From Nodosilinea sp. (GTDB lineage Bacteria > Cyanobacteriota > Cyanobacteriia > Phormidesmidales > Phormidesmidaceae), in contig JBARVV010000042.1 in assembly GCA_049646445.1 (NCBI GenBank), positions 11,368-75,367 of the forward strand: a stretch of 64,000 nucleotides of DNA. Reading direction: 5' to 3'. The translations under genes were made by a program, and so were the position numbers. This document shows positions 1-9,920 of the stretch, piece by piece; the stretch's first letter is position 1, and the number at the start of each line of letters is the position of its first letter. The notes beneath the pieces were generated by a model. That model saw only the letters and a program-made list of their open reading frames with translations, did no database searches and was not told where the DNA came from.

Positions 1-537
1 GGTATGTTCCCTGAAATGGCGCGGGAATGTGCCTATAAGGGGGCTGAGATCATGATTCGGACGGCGGGCTACACGGCCCCAATTCGCAACTCCTGGCGGG
101 TAACCAATCAGGCCAACGCGTTCTGCAACCTGATGGTGACGGCCTCGGTTTGCATGTGCGGCAGCGATGGCACCTTTGACTCGATGGGCGAGGGCATGAT
201 TGTCAACTTTGATGGCGAACCCCTGGTGATGGGCAGCCACCGCCCCGACGAAATTATCACCGCTGAGGTGCGCCCAGATTTAGTCAGAGAAGCCCGCCTG
301 CACTGGGGCGTTGAGAACAACATTTACCAGTTTGGCCATCGAGGCTATGTGGCGGTGAAAGGCGGTGCCCAAGACTGCCCCTACACCTACATGAAAGACA
401 TGGTCGATGGATCTTACCGGCTGCCGTGGGAAGACCAGGTGGTGCATAGCGACGGCACCTCCTGCGGATTTGCGGCTCCAACCCGAGAGTACAGGGGTGA
501 AGAGGTACCCCCGGCGATCGCTAAAGTGATCAAATAG
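1..537 (+). CDS. Aliphatic amidase/formamidase (nitrilase superfamily, AmiE/AmiF-like), 3' part; the 5' end lies off the left edge
   Basis: The reading frame is open to nt 1. The product (FPEMARE..NQANAFCNLM..MGEGMIVNFDG..WGVENNIYQFGHRGYV..LPWED) matches by eye the C-terminal half of AmiE-type amidases. Confidence 0.8.
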   Translation, partial: GMFPEMARECAYKGAEIMIRTAGYTAPIRNSWRVTNQANAFCNLMVTASVCMCGSDGTFDSMGEGMIVNFDGEPLVMGSHRPDEIITAEVRPDLVREARLHWGVENNIYQFGHRGYVAVKGGAQDCPYTYMKDMVDGSYRLPWEDQVVHSDGTSCGFAAPTREYRGEEVPPAIAKVIK

Positions 538-574
538 CCTTACTCATGGTTTTGTGGCACTGAATTAAGCTAAG

Positions 575-708
575 GGACTCCGGCCACAACCACCAGGGAG
601 TGAACTCCCTGGCTGATCGCAAAAGTCTGCTGTAGCAGACTGGGGAACTCGTCTCCCAATCCTCTTCAGAGGATTTCGGCTTTGAGCCTGGGACTTCTAG
701 TCCTTGGC
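575..708 (+). repeat. Dispersed intergenic repeat, family R2 (copy 1), with a ccaggga/tccctgg hairpin
   Basis: Shares the blocks aaagtctgct..agcaga, cctc.t.ag..gatttc.gctttgag and ggctcag with 4334-4515. Confidence 0.45.
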
Positions 709-2508
709 TCAGGGCTCCACCACCATAGCCGTGCCGCCGCCGCGCCGGGTTGGTTCTGCTGCCGCCAAAATAAATCCGTCGGGTCGGATGATCAACCCGA
801 CAGCGGCCCCAATTTCAGACACAGGTTCTAGAGCCTGCCCCAGGGCGGTGAGCGATTGCGCGATCGCGCTCTGCTCAAAGCCGCCATCGACCTGGGTGGG
901 GCCGCCGTTGCGCTGGGAAATGCGGGGGGCCGCGATCGCCTCCGGTAAAGCCAGGCCAAGGTCGATCAGGTTGACCGCAATTCCGGCGACGGTGGTGATA
1001 ATGGTAGATCCGCCGGGGGATCCAAAGGCCAGCAGATCCCCCGTGGGGCTGCGGGCGATCGTGGGGGCCATACTGCTGCGGGGCCGTTTCCCCGGCTCGG
1101 GCGCGTTCGGGTGAGGGCTGACGGCATCGAAGTCGGTTAGCTCATTGTTGAGAATAAAGCCATAGCCCGGCACCACCATGCCCGACCCGCCAATCGATTC
1201 GAGGGTAAGCGTGTAGGACACGGCGTTGCCCATAGCATCGCTGGTGACAAGATGGGTGGTCGAGGTGCCAACCTGGCCGTCGGACTGGGCCACGGCGGGC
1301 AGACCCGTCAGGCTGGGGCTGGGGTCGTTTTGGTAGGGCAGGGGGTTGCCCGGAGCCGCGCGAAAGGCGGCATCGGCGGGGGCGCGATCGCCCATCAGGG
1401 CGCGGCGGGTTTGGATAAAGTCGACGCTTTGCAAACCCAGCAGGGGCACATCCACGTACTCTGGGTCGCCTAGGTAGGCGTTGCGATCGGCGAAGGCCAG
1501 ACGTTCGGCTTCAATTACCCGATGCCAAGCCTGGGCAGGTTCGCTCTGGCTCAGATCAAACCCCTCCAGAATCCGAAAAATTTCGCCCGTGGTGATGCCG
1601 CCGCTGCTGGGTAGCCCCATGCCGTAGAGGGTGTAGCCCCGGTAAGGGGTAACCGTCGGTGGTCGCACCCGCACTGCGTACCGATCGAGATCGGCTAGCG
1701 TTAGGCCGCCGGGGATGACGCGAAAGGGGGGCTGGGCCACCGTCGGGGGCTGCTGCACCGTTTGGGCGATTGCCGCGCCAATCTCACCCCGATAGAAGGC
1801 ATTTACACCCTGGTCGGCCAGCAGACGATAGGTGTTGGCCAGGTCAGGATTTTGGAAGCGCGACCCCACGGTGGGCGGACTGCCGCCGGGCAGATAGAGG
1901 GCCTGGGTGGAGGCAAAGGCGGCAAAGCGGGCCTGGTTTTGATCGACCTGGCTGGCAAAGTTAGCATCGACGTCAAAGCCCCGTTCGGCCAGGGCGATCG
2001 CGGGCTGCAGCGCCTCGGCCAGCGACAGCGTGCCGTAGCGACTTAGCGCTTCGGCCCATTCCAGGGGTGTGCCCGGTACCCCCACCGCCAGCCCCGACGA
2101 GATTCGGTTGGGGGCAAAGGGCAGCAGTTCGCCCGTGGGGCTGTCGGGGTCTTGGAACAGATCGACAGAGGTGGCGGCGGGAGCCTGCTCGCGACCATCT
2201 AGGCTAATGATGCGATCGCTGTGCTTGAGGTAAATCATCATAAAACCACCGCCGCCAATACCCGCCGAAAAAGGGTCTGAAACGCCTAGGGCCGCAGCGG
2301 CGGCGACGGCGGCATCAACGGCATTGCCCCCCCGCCTTAAAACATCAATGCCAATTTGGGTGGCGCGGGCATCTTCGGTGGCTACCGCCCCACCGTATCC
2401 TTCAGCGACAGCAGGGTTTGGCTGAGCTCGCAGCAGCGAATTTGCGGTAATGGAGTACCCCAGACACAAACAAATTGCCAGCACCATCCAAATTATTCGC
2501 CTAGCCAT
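709..2508 (-). CDS. ggt: Gamma-glutamyltransferase
   Basis: 599-aa ORF with a signal-like N-terminus, GGGGFMMIY, and a GTSTTHL motif like the autoprocessing-site Thr region of gamma-glutamyltranspeptidases. Confidence 0.9.
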   Translation of the reverse strand: MARRIIWMVLAICLCLGYSITANSLLRAQPNPAVAEGYGGAVATEDARATQIGIDVLRRGGNAVDAAVAAAAALGVSDPFSAGIGGGGFMMIYLKHSDRIISLDGREQAPAATSVDLFQDPDSPTGELLPFAPNRISSGLAVGVPGTPLEWAEALSRYGTLSLAEALQPAIALAERGFDVDANFASQVDQNQARFAAFASTQALYLPGGSPPTVGSRFQNPDLANTYRLLADQGVNAFYRGEIGAAIAQTVQQPPTVAQPPFRVIPGGLTLADLDRYAVRVRPPTVTPYRGYTLYGMGLPSSGGITTGEIFRILEGFDLSQSEPAQAWHRVIEAERLAFADRNAYLGDPEYVDVPLLGLQSVDFIQTRRALMGDRAPADAAFRAAPGNPLPYQNDPSPSLTGLPAVAQSDGQVGTSTTHLVTSDAMGNAVSYTLTLESIGGSGMVVPGYGFILNNELTDFDAVSPHPNAPEPGKRPRSSMAPTIARSPTGDLLAFGSPGGSTIITTVAGIAVNLIDLGLALPEAIAAPRISQRNGGPTQVDGGFEQSAIAQSLTALGQALEPVSEIGAAVGLIIRPDGFILAAAEPTRRGGGTAMVVEP

Positions 2509-2675
2509 TGCCTGCCCCGCTATCTCTAATCACAAAGCAATGCCCCTCACTGCAGCTAGCGAATTGCCGATAGTCTTAGTTCAGCGGCGCAAATTCGCAG
2601 TCGTGGGCCTCCGCCTCTTTTACCATAAAGAGCATAGATTTAACCGGCTGAAACCTCTTACTTCCCTATTTTTCT

Positions 2676-3380
2676 ATGGCTAAACTCATTTTGATTCGCC
2701 ACGGGCAAAGTCTGTGGAATGCGGCCAACAAGTTCACGGGCTGGGTCGATGTGCCCATGAGCGAACGGGGGCGGGCAGAAGCGACAATCGCGTCCTGTAA
2801 GTTGCGCGATGCGGGCCACACCGTCGATATTTGTTTCACCAGTATGCTAATTCGGGCGATTGAAACAGCGATCGTTTGCCTGACTGAATGTGATGAAGTC
2901 CGCAACGGTCGGATACCCTACGTCTGGCATGATCCGGCTGAGCCTGACTGGCACGGTTGGGATCACCATTTTGCTCAACCCGATCAAGAACTCAAGATCA
3001 TTCGCTCCCCCGCCCTAGACGAGCGCTACTACGGCGATCTCCAGGGTTTGAACAAAGCTGAAATGGCGGAAAAGTTTGGTGAAAAACAGGTTCACCTCTG
3101 GCGGCGATCCTACGACGTACGACCGCCGGGCGGCGAGAGTTTGGCCGATACGGTCAAGCGGACGGTTCCTTTTTTTGAGCAGGCCATATTACCAGAACTC
3201 CAGGCCGGAAAAAATGTAATGGTGGCAGCCCACGGCAATTCTTTGCGATCGATACTGATGTATATCGATCGCCTGGGCGAAGATCAGGTGGCCAGCCTAG
3301 AACTGGCCACGGGCGTCCCCATTCTGTACGACGTAGATGCCGAAGGCGCTTTTACCAACAAAGAAGTTTTGACACAATAG
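2676..3380 (+). CDS. gpmA: 2,3-bisphosphoglycerate-dependent phosphoglycerate mutase family protein (histidine phosphatase)
   Basis: N-terminal LIRHGQSLWNAANKFTGWVDVPMSERG (the RHG catalytic motif) and a later HGNSLR motif. Confidence 0.75.
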   Translation: MAKLILIRHGQSLWNAANKFTGWVDVPMSERGRAEATIASCKLRDAGHTVDICFTSMLIRAIETAIVCLTECDEVRNGRIPYVWHDPAEPDWHGWDHHFAQPDQELKIIRSPALDERYYGDLQGLNKAEMAEKFGEKQVHLWRRSYDVRPPGGESLADTVKRTVPFFEQAILPELQAGKNVMVAAHGNSLRSILMYIDRLGEDQVASLELATGVPILYDVDAEGAFTNKEVLTQ

Positions 3381-3681
3381 GGTGGCCCAGAGATGTCTAA
3401 AGTTTTGACCTGGTGGAGTAAAGTAGTGGGTAGGCTAGACTGCGTAAATCTGGGGCGATCGCATTTTGCCTGACTATTGAGCTCGAATATAGAGATCATC
3501 TAGCCTATTCCTAACTATAATCAATGTGGAATCATTCAAAAAAGGTTCTAACCCTTCCTTTAAGTCATTTGCCTTCAAGTCATTTGATAGAGTGGAAGGG
3601 CAATCGTACTAAAAGGCCCTAGAGAAAAATTTCTGGCGGTCATTACGAATTTTGATGTGTACCCTACGGACAGCGTGAACT

Positions 3682-4074
3682 ATGGCGGTAAAAAGTAAGG
3701 AAGCTCTGACAGGCAAAGAGCTTCTGACCAAAGTTAAAGAAAATGATGGCCTAACCAAGCGTGAGCTGGCTAGGGAATGTGGCTACTACACCACCGGCAA
3801 AGATGGTCAGGTTCGCGTAACTTTGGCCGAGTTTTATGATGCTCTACTGTCAGCCAAGGGCATTCAGCTTGAGCCTGAGAAAACTAAGGATGGTCGCGGT
3901 CGGGAAGCCTCTTACAACGTTACGGTGCATAAAAACGGCCAAATTGTGATTGGGGCCGCCTACACTCAGGAAATGGGGCTCAAGACGGGTGATGAGTTCC
4001 AAATTAAGCTTGGGTACAAGCACATTCGCCTGGTCAAGCTAGACGGCGAGGGGAATGAGGAAGGAGAAGACTAG
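3682..4074 (+). CDS. Cyanobacterial AbrB-family (cyAbrB) transcriptional regulator
   Basis: 130 aa with an N-terminal ALTGKELLTKVKE..LTK.ELARECGY region and a C-terminal SpoVT/AbrB-like segment (GDEFQIKLGYKHIRLVKL), as in CalA/Sll0359-type proteins. Confidence 0.8.
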   Translation: MAVKSKEALTGKELLTKVKENDGLTKRELARECGYYTTGKDGQVRVTLAEFYDALLSAKGIQLEPEKTKDGRGREASYNVTVHKNGQIVIGAAYTQEMGLKTGDEFQIKLGYKHIRLVKLDGEGNEEGED

Positions 4075-4209
4075 GCTTTAGGTGATTTCTGAACAAGTAG
4101 ATCCCAGCTTTGATCTCGTGATTTTAGCGGCTGTAGGGTGAGTAATATTCACCACCGGGAGACACCTTTTCAAGACATTGCTCTAGCTTGGTTGAACCAA
4201 ATTAAAATA

Positions 4210-4248
4210 CAGAAGTGGGGTTTTGCCGTTGGGAAAACCCCGCTTCTG
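4210..4248 (+). terminator. Strong hairpin downstream of the cyAbrB gene (candidate terminator, no U-tract)
   Basis: cagaagtggggtttt / aaaaccccgcttctg forms a 15-bp stem (one G-U pair) with a 9-nt loop, about 135 nt after the stop codon. Confidence 0.35.
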
Positions 4249-4333
4249 CATTGGGTAAAGCTGTACGAATTAAAGAGGTGCGATCGCCCTTGAGCTAGAT
4301 TGGGGCGATCGCACCCAACAGAATTTTATGGGT

Positions 4334-4515
4334 CGTCATGAGCTAGTCCCTGTCAGCAGGCGTACAGGGACTAGCTCATGACGAAAGTCTGCTCAAGCAG
4401 ATCGGGAGATCTTTCTCTCAAGGGCACAGGCCCTGCGCCCCTACGTGGGGGTATCTTCTTTTCCGGAAACCTCCTGAGTAGATTTCAGCTTTGAGGATTG
4501 GATTTTTAGGCCAAG
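4334..4515 (+). repeat. Dispersed intergenic repeat, family R2 (copy 2), starting with a perfect 20-bp stem hairpin
   Basis: cgtcatgagctagtccctgt (4334-4353) is the exact reverse complement of 4364-4383. The downstream blocks match 575-708. Confidence 0.45.
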
Positions 4516-4842
4516 GCTCAGCGGTCAATCGCAGGGATTGCGCCCCAATAATCCTGCTTTGACAGAGCTGGGTATCCTAGCCAATTTAGAGTTAGTTCTA
4601 TCCTCCGGCGGATTTGAGGCAGCGATGCCTGATCTAAGCTGGTAGGGATTTAAGAGAAATTAGCAGAGCTATCGCAGGCTTCAACTTGTCTTGCACACAC
4701 TGGTAAGATCAAATTCGCTCCCGACAGGATCTTGCACCATTTTTTTGCAGGCGAAATGCCTTTACCTTGGCTGCCTGGCTGTACAAGTTGCTGCTTTTAG
4801 AGTCATTGCTGCTGCATCTACTGGTCAAGCATTCACAAGCTT

Positions 4843-7731
4843 GTGCAGATCATGCTGAGAGATTGTCTATCGATCTTAATTATTAGCGCTTTGCCCGAAA
4901 ACCGCGACCTGGGCGAGATGTTTTGGGATCAAAATGTCACCGTTACCTACGAGGTGGTACCGAAGCCATATTCCTACCACGAGCTTGAGCAACACCTGCT
5001 TGAAAAATATCAGTCTCGACCGTTTGATGCCGTTGTTTTAGAGCTGGAGACGGCTGAACTCAGCGACCAATTCAGCCAGCTGGGTTTGCTCGATGGTCTG
5101 AGGCAGCAGATGGGAGATGGCTGCCCCCCAGTTGTGGTAGTGGGCGATGACGTCACGGCCCTGATTATTAAGGCTTTTAAGCTGGGGGCGGCTGACTATT
5201 TGGTAAAAGGCCGGTTTTCGCCTGCGGAATTGGTCTTAGGCCTGCAAGACGCGATCGCGACCGCCCAGGCCAAGCGATCGCGCGCCCTGGCTCAAAAACC
5301 ACAGCAAGTCGCCGCTACCTCAGGCCAGCAGCACCTCAGCCAGCCCCCTGCCAGCCTAGACACCCCCCAGCAGCACCTGTTAGCGGAAGCCATGCCCCAA
5401 ATCGTTTGGACGGCTGATGCCACTGGAACCATTGACTACTGGAATCAGCGCTGGTTTGACTACACGGGGTTGAGCGCCGCCGAGTCGCGGCACTGGCGCG
5501 AGCTAGAGGCGCTGCACCCAGCCGATCGCGATCGCGTTCTCCAAGCCTGGCAGATCTCGATTGCCCAGGGCGAACCCTTTGAAATCACCCACCGCATGCA
5601 GCGCCACGACGGCACCTACCACTGGTTTCTCAATCGGGCTATGCCCACCTGCGACAGCCAAAGCCAAGTTACTAGCTGGACGGGCACCCTGACTAATATC
5701 GATCGCCAAAAGCAGCTAGAAGAGCGATCTCAGCTGATTATTCATGCTGTCAATGGCCTGGTATTTGATTGGGACTTAGTTAACAACAGCCTCTATCGGT
5801 CTGAGCAGTTGCATCAGCTGGTGGGTGTTCATCCTGATGCAGCCCTACCCACCGTCGACTGGTGGCGCGATCGCATTCACCCTGAGGATATGGCCCGCCT
5901 CCAGCCTCAGCTGGAGGCCATGTTTAACAACGCTAGCGGGCTTTACGAAAGTGAATACCGGGTGCGCCATGCCGATGGACGCTGGATTGACGTGCGGGAG
6001 CGCAGCTGGTTGGTTCGCGACAACCTGGGGCACATCGTTCGTATCGTTGGATCTACCGTTGATATTAGCGATCGCAAACGGGTCGAAGCCGAACGCAAGC
6101 GATTCGAAGCCGCCCTCGCCGACAACGAATCTAGGCTCCAGAGTTTTGTCAACGCCAATGTCGTCGGCATTCTCTACGGCGATGCCCACGGCTACATCTA
6201 TAAAGCCAACGACGAGCTGTTGAAAATCATCGGCTACAGCCGAGAAGAACTGGCGGCTCGCCGAATTCACTGGGCCAACATTACGCCGCCAGAATACCTA
6301 CCGATCGATGAAAACGGGATTGCTGAATCGCGTCAAAAGGGAGCCTGCACCCCCTATGAAAAAGAATACATTCGCAAAGATGGCAGCCGCGTGCCGGTGC
6401 TAATTGGCTATAGCCAGGTAGGCGAAACCAAAGAAGAAACCATTGCCTTTGTGCTCGATTTAAGCGCCCTCAAAACAGTCGAAGCCCAGCGAGAACAGCT
6501 GCTGCGTCGAGAACAGATCGCCCGAGAGGAGGCCGAGCGCGCCAACCGGGTCAAAGACGAATTTCTGACCGTTCTTTCCCACGAGTTGAGAACGCCCCTC
6601 AACCCCATTTTGGGCTGGGCCAATTTGCTGCAAACCCGCCAGCTAGGTCAGGCCAAAACCGCTCTAGCGCTGTCAACCATCGAGCGCAATGCCAAACTAC
6701 AGGCTCAGCTCGTTGATGATCTGTTAGACGTTGCTAAAATCTTGCAGGGCAAGCTGACGCTTGAAACCGCTCCCGTCGATCTAAATACCGTGATTGCAGC
6801 GGCGATCGATACGGTTAAACCGGCGGCTACAGCAAAATCTATCGCCCTACGCTTTGCGCCGTCGGGGGCTGACGACAAGTCGGGCGATCGCGCCCTACCT
6901 GACCACCCAAATCTAACCTCCCAGGTGATGGGCGATCAGGCTAGGCTTCAGCAAATCGTCTGGAACTTACTCTCCAATGCCACTAAGTTTACGCCCGACG
7001 GTGGACAGGTAGACGTGCAGCTTGACCACAGCGATCGCCAGGTTAAAATCATTGTCAAAGACACCGGCCAAGGCATCAAGCCCGAATTTTTGCCTTTGCT
7101 GTTTGAGTCGTTTCGCCAGGAAGATATCTCGATCACCCGTCAACACGGGGGCCTAGGTCTGGGGCTATCTATTGTTCGGTATCTAGTCGAGGCCCACGGC
7201 GGCACGATCGCCGCAGCCAGCCCCGGTGAAGGGTTAGGCGCTACTTTCACAGTTAGTCTACCGGCGCTCAAGCCTCAATTTGCCGCTCACCCAGCGGGTG
7301 AACCAACCACACCAGCGCCAAACCTGAGCGACATTCGAGTTTTGCTGGTCGATGATCACCTCGATACCCTAGAGCTACTGGCAACGCTGCTTACCCAGTA
7401 CGGTGCCATCGTGCTGGCCGTCAACTCAGCGGTAGAAGCCATGGAAACCCTAGAGATATTTCACCCCGATTTGCTCGTCAGCGATATCGGCATGCCTGGC
7501 GCAGATGGTCACACCTTAATTCAGGGTATTCGAGCCTTACCCCCCGAAAAAGGTGGGCAGGTGCCGGCCCTGGCCTTCACCTCCTACTGTCAAGATGACG
7601 ACTACCAACAGACCATAACCAGCGGCTACCAGCGACTGATTGCCAAGCCGCTTGAAGTTGAGCAACTGATCAACGCCATTGCCGGGCTGGCCCATTCCGC
7701 CAAATCAACCTCTGATAGCTTTTGGCCATGA
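4843..7731 (+). CDS. Hybrid sensor histidine kinase: receiver-like N-terminus, several PAS domains, HisKA, HATPase_c, C-terminal REC
   Basis: Contains the H-box FLTVLSHELRTPLNPILGW, N/G boxes (NLLSNATKFTP, DTGQGI, GGLGLGLSIV) and a C-terminal REC (VLLVDDH..LLVSDIGMPGADG..IAKP). The ORF starts at GTG 4843; an ATG at 4852 is an alternative. Confidence 0.9.
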   Translation: MQIMLRDCLSILIISALPENRDLGEMFWDQNVTVTYEVVPKPYSYHELEQHLLEKYQSRPFDAVVLELETAELSDQFSQLGLLDGLRQQMGDGCPPVVVVGDDVTALIIKAFKLGAADYLVKGRFSPAELVLGLQDAIATAQAKRSRALAQKPQQVAATSGQQHLSQPPASLDTPQQHLLAEAMPQIVWTADATGTIDYWNQRWFDYTGLSAAESRHWRELEALHPADRDRVLQAWQISIAQGEPFEITHRMQRHDGTYHWFLNRAMPTCDSQSQVTSWTGTLTNIDRQKQLEERSQLIIHAVNGLVFDWDLVNNSLYRSEQLHQLVGVHPDAALPTVDWWRDRIHPEDMARLQPQLEAMFNNASGLYESEYRVRHADGRWIDVRERSWLVRDNLGHIVRIVGSTVDISDRKRVEAERKRFEAALADNESRLQSFVNANVVGILYGDAHGYIYKANDELLKIIGYSREELAARRIHWANITPPEYLPIDENGIAESRQKGACTPYEKEYIRKDGSRVPVLIGYSQVGETKEETIAFVLDLSALKTVEAQREQLLRREQIAREEAERANRVKDEFLTVLSHELRTPLNPILGWANLLQTRQLGQAKTALALSTIERNAKLQAQLVDDLLDVAKILQGKLTLETAPVDLNTVIAAAIDTVKPAATAKSIALRFAPSGADDKSGDRALPDHPNLTSQVMGDQARLQQIVWNLLSNATKFTPDGGQVDVQLDHSDRQVKIIVKDTGQGIKPEFLPLLFESFRQEDISITRQHGGLGLGLSIVRYLVEAHGGTIAAASPGEGLGATFTVSLPALKPQFAAHPAGEPTTPAPNLSDIRVLLVDDHLDTLELLATLLTQYGAIVLAVNSAVEAMETLEIFHPDLLVSDIGMPGADGHTLIQGIRALPPEKGGQVPALAFTSYCQDDDYQQTITSGYQRLIAKPLEVEQLINAIAGLAHSAKSTSDSFWP

Positions 7732-8078
7732 CCGTCTCCCCGCCCCCTTGCTTCTGCCTCAATGCCCTGGTGGCGCGGGGCCGTGATCTACGAAATTTGG
7801 TGCTGCTGATTTTGGGTATGAACTGATAGCTATAATGACTGAAATCTCGTTCAGATTTTGGCAAAATCATACCGCTGTTCAGCAACGCCAACAATCGCTT
7901 GACCTTTGCTTGACAGACGAGCGACTTCCATCCGTTATTGACCGTCGCAGGTAATACGTTGGTAAAGTTTCAGTACGCCACTCCTCCCTCGGCGGAGTTC
8001 CCAGTAGGTTGGTGTCGCTTCATTAGAACCACCCTTTACAATAGAAAGAAGTGCCAATTTTACGAGCATTCCTAAGTC

Positions 8079-9725
8079 ATGACTGACGCCGCTGTAACTG
8101 CCGCCGAGATTTCCGCCGACATCGCCGATGCGGTCGATCAGCGGCGCAATTTTGCCATCATTTCCCACCCCGATGCCGGTAAAACGACGCTGACCGAAAA
8201 GCTGCTGCTCTACGGGGGTGCCATTCAGGAGGCCGGGGCTGTTAAGGCCAAGCGGGCGCAGCGCAGCGCCACGTCCGACTGGATGGAGCTGGAGCAGCAG
8301 CGGGGAATTTCGATTACCTCGACGGTGCTTCAGTTTGCCTACGGCGGCTACACCATCAACCTGCTCGATACGCCTGGCCACCAAGACTTTAGTGAAGATA
8401 CCTACCGCACCCTGGCTGCCGCCGACAACGCGGTCATGCTTGAAGACGCCGCCAAGGGTTTAGAGCCTCAAACTCTGAAGCTATTTGAGGTGTGCAGAAT
8501 GCGCGGCCTGCCCATCTTTACTTTTTTCAACAAGATGGATCGCCCGGCGCGGGAACCCCTGGAGCTGCTGGATGAGATTGAGCAGCGGCTGGGGTTAGAA
8601 ACCTACGCAGTCAACTGGCCGATTGGCATGGGCGATCGCTTCAGGGGCGTGTTCGATCGCCGCCACCGCCAAATTCACCTGTTTGAGCGCAGCACTCACG
8701 GCAAGCGCGCCGCCAAAGATACCGTGCTCGACCTGGGCGACCCGCGCATTGAAGATCTGCTCGACCAGGACCTCTACTACCAGTTCAAAGAAGAGCTGGA
8801 GGTGATCGAAGAAATAGGCCCCGCCCTGGATCTAGAAGCCGTCCACGCCGGGCAGCAGACGCCGGTGTTTTTCGGCAGCGCCATGACCAACTTTGGCGTG
8901 CAGCTGTTTTTAGATGCGTTTCTCGACTACGCCCTCAAGCCCTCGGCCCGCAGCAGCACCCTGGGCGAGATTCTGCCCACCAGCGAAGATTTTTCGGGGT
9001 TTGTGTTCAAGCTTCAGGCGAATATGGACCCCAAACACCGCGATCGCATCGCCTTTGTGCGGGTGTGCTCCGGCAAGTTTGAAAAAGATATGGTGGTCAG
9101 CCACGCGCGATCGGGCAAGTCGGTGCGGCTGTCGCACCCCCAAAAGCTGTTTGGCCAGGGCCGTGAATCGCTGGAAGAAGCGTATCCGGGAGACGTGATT
9201 GGTTTGAACAATCCCGGCGTGTTTGCGATCGGCGACACCATCTACCAGGGCAAGCGACTGGAGTACGAAGGCATTCCCTGCTTTTCGCCTGAAATCTTTG
9301 CCTACCTTAAAAACCCCAACCCCTCCAAGTACAAGCAGTTCCAGAAGGGCGTGTCAGAACTGCGCGAAGAAGGCGCGGTGCAGATCATGTTTTCCGCCGA
9401 CGAGTCAAAGCGCGACCCAATTTTGGCGGCGGTGGGTCAGCTGCAGCTAGAGGTGGTGCAGTACCGCATGCAAAACGAGTACGGCGTCGAAACCCGCATT
9501 GAGCAGTTGCCCTACGCTGTTGCTCGCTGGGTCGATGGCGGCTGGGAAGCGCTCGACAAAGCCGGGCGGCTGTTTAACACAGTTACCGTCAAAGACAGCT
9601 GGGGTCGCCCTGTTCTCTTGTTCCGCAACGAGTGGAACTGTCAGCAAATCGAAGCAGACCACCCCGAACTCAAGTTCAGCACTGTTGCCCCAGTGGTCTC
9701 AGGCAAAGAACCCGAATCGCTATAG
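8079..9725 (+). CDS. prfC: Peptide chain release factor 3
   Basis: [52 protein letters not shown] and FNKMDR are the characteristic RF3 GTPase motifs. Length is 548 aa. Confidence 0.95.
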   Translation: MTDAAVTAAEISADIADAVDQRRNFAIISHPDAGKTTLTEKLLLYGGAIQEAGAVKAKRAQRSATSDWMELEQQRGISITSTVLQFAYGGYTINLLDTPGHQDFSEDTYRTLAAADNAVMLEDAAKGLEPQTLKLFEVCRMRGLPIFTFFNKMDRPAREPLELLDEIEQRLGLETYAVNWPIGMGDRFRGVFDRRHRQIHLFERSTHGKRAAKDTVLDLGDPRIEDLLDQDLYYQFKEELEVIEEIGPALDLEAVHAGQQTPVFFGSAMTNFGVQLFLDAFLDYALKPSARSSTLGEILPTSEDFSGFVFKLQANMDPKHRDRIAFVRVCSGKFEKDMVVSHARSGKSVRLSHPQKLFGQGRESLEEAYPGDVIGLNNPGVFAIGDTIYQGKRLEYEGIPCFSPEIFAYLKNPNPSKYKQFQKGVSELREEGAVQIMFSADESKRDPILAAVGQLQLEVVQYRMQNEYGVETRIEQLPYAVARWVDGGWEALDKAGRLFNTVTVKDSWGRPVLLFRNEWNCQQIEADHPELKFSTVAPVVSGKEPESL

Positions 9726-9775
9726 ATTTCAAGGGTTGAGAAAGCCGGTTTCTGCTTATTAATTGCGGAGCCTGT

Positions 9776-9864
9776 GATGAATGGCACTGAATTAAGGCTG
9801 GTGGGCGGTGCCCACCCTACGGTAAATCAAGGCTTTTGGCGATCTGCGAGAGCTTATTTCAGTG
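9776..9864 (+). repeat. MITE-like dispersed repeat, family R1 (copy a)
   Basis: Central palindrome ggtgggcGgtgcccacc. Terminal inverted repeats cactgaattaag / cttatttcagtg. Near-identical inverted copy at 62960-63047. Confidence 0.6.
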
Positions 9865-9920
9865 ATATTCGAGTCTATGATCGCTTGACTCCAAGGCAAA
9901 CCGGGTTTCTCTAAATCTCT

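Noticed and set aside
3658-3675. NtcA-like site (TGTA-N8-ACA) just upstream of the cyAbrB start
   Set aside because: The downstream half-site is ACA rather than the required TAC, and the site sits only ~10-25 nt from the start codon. It does not match the GTA-N8-TAC consensus.
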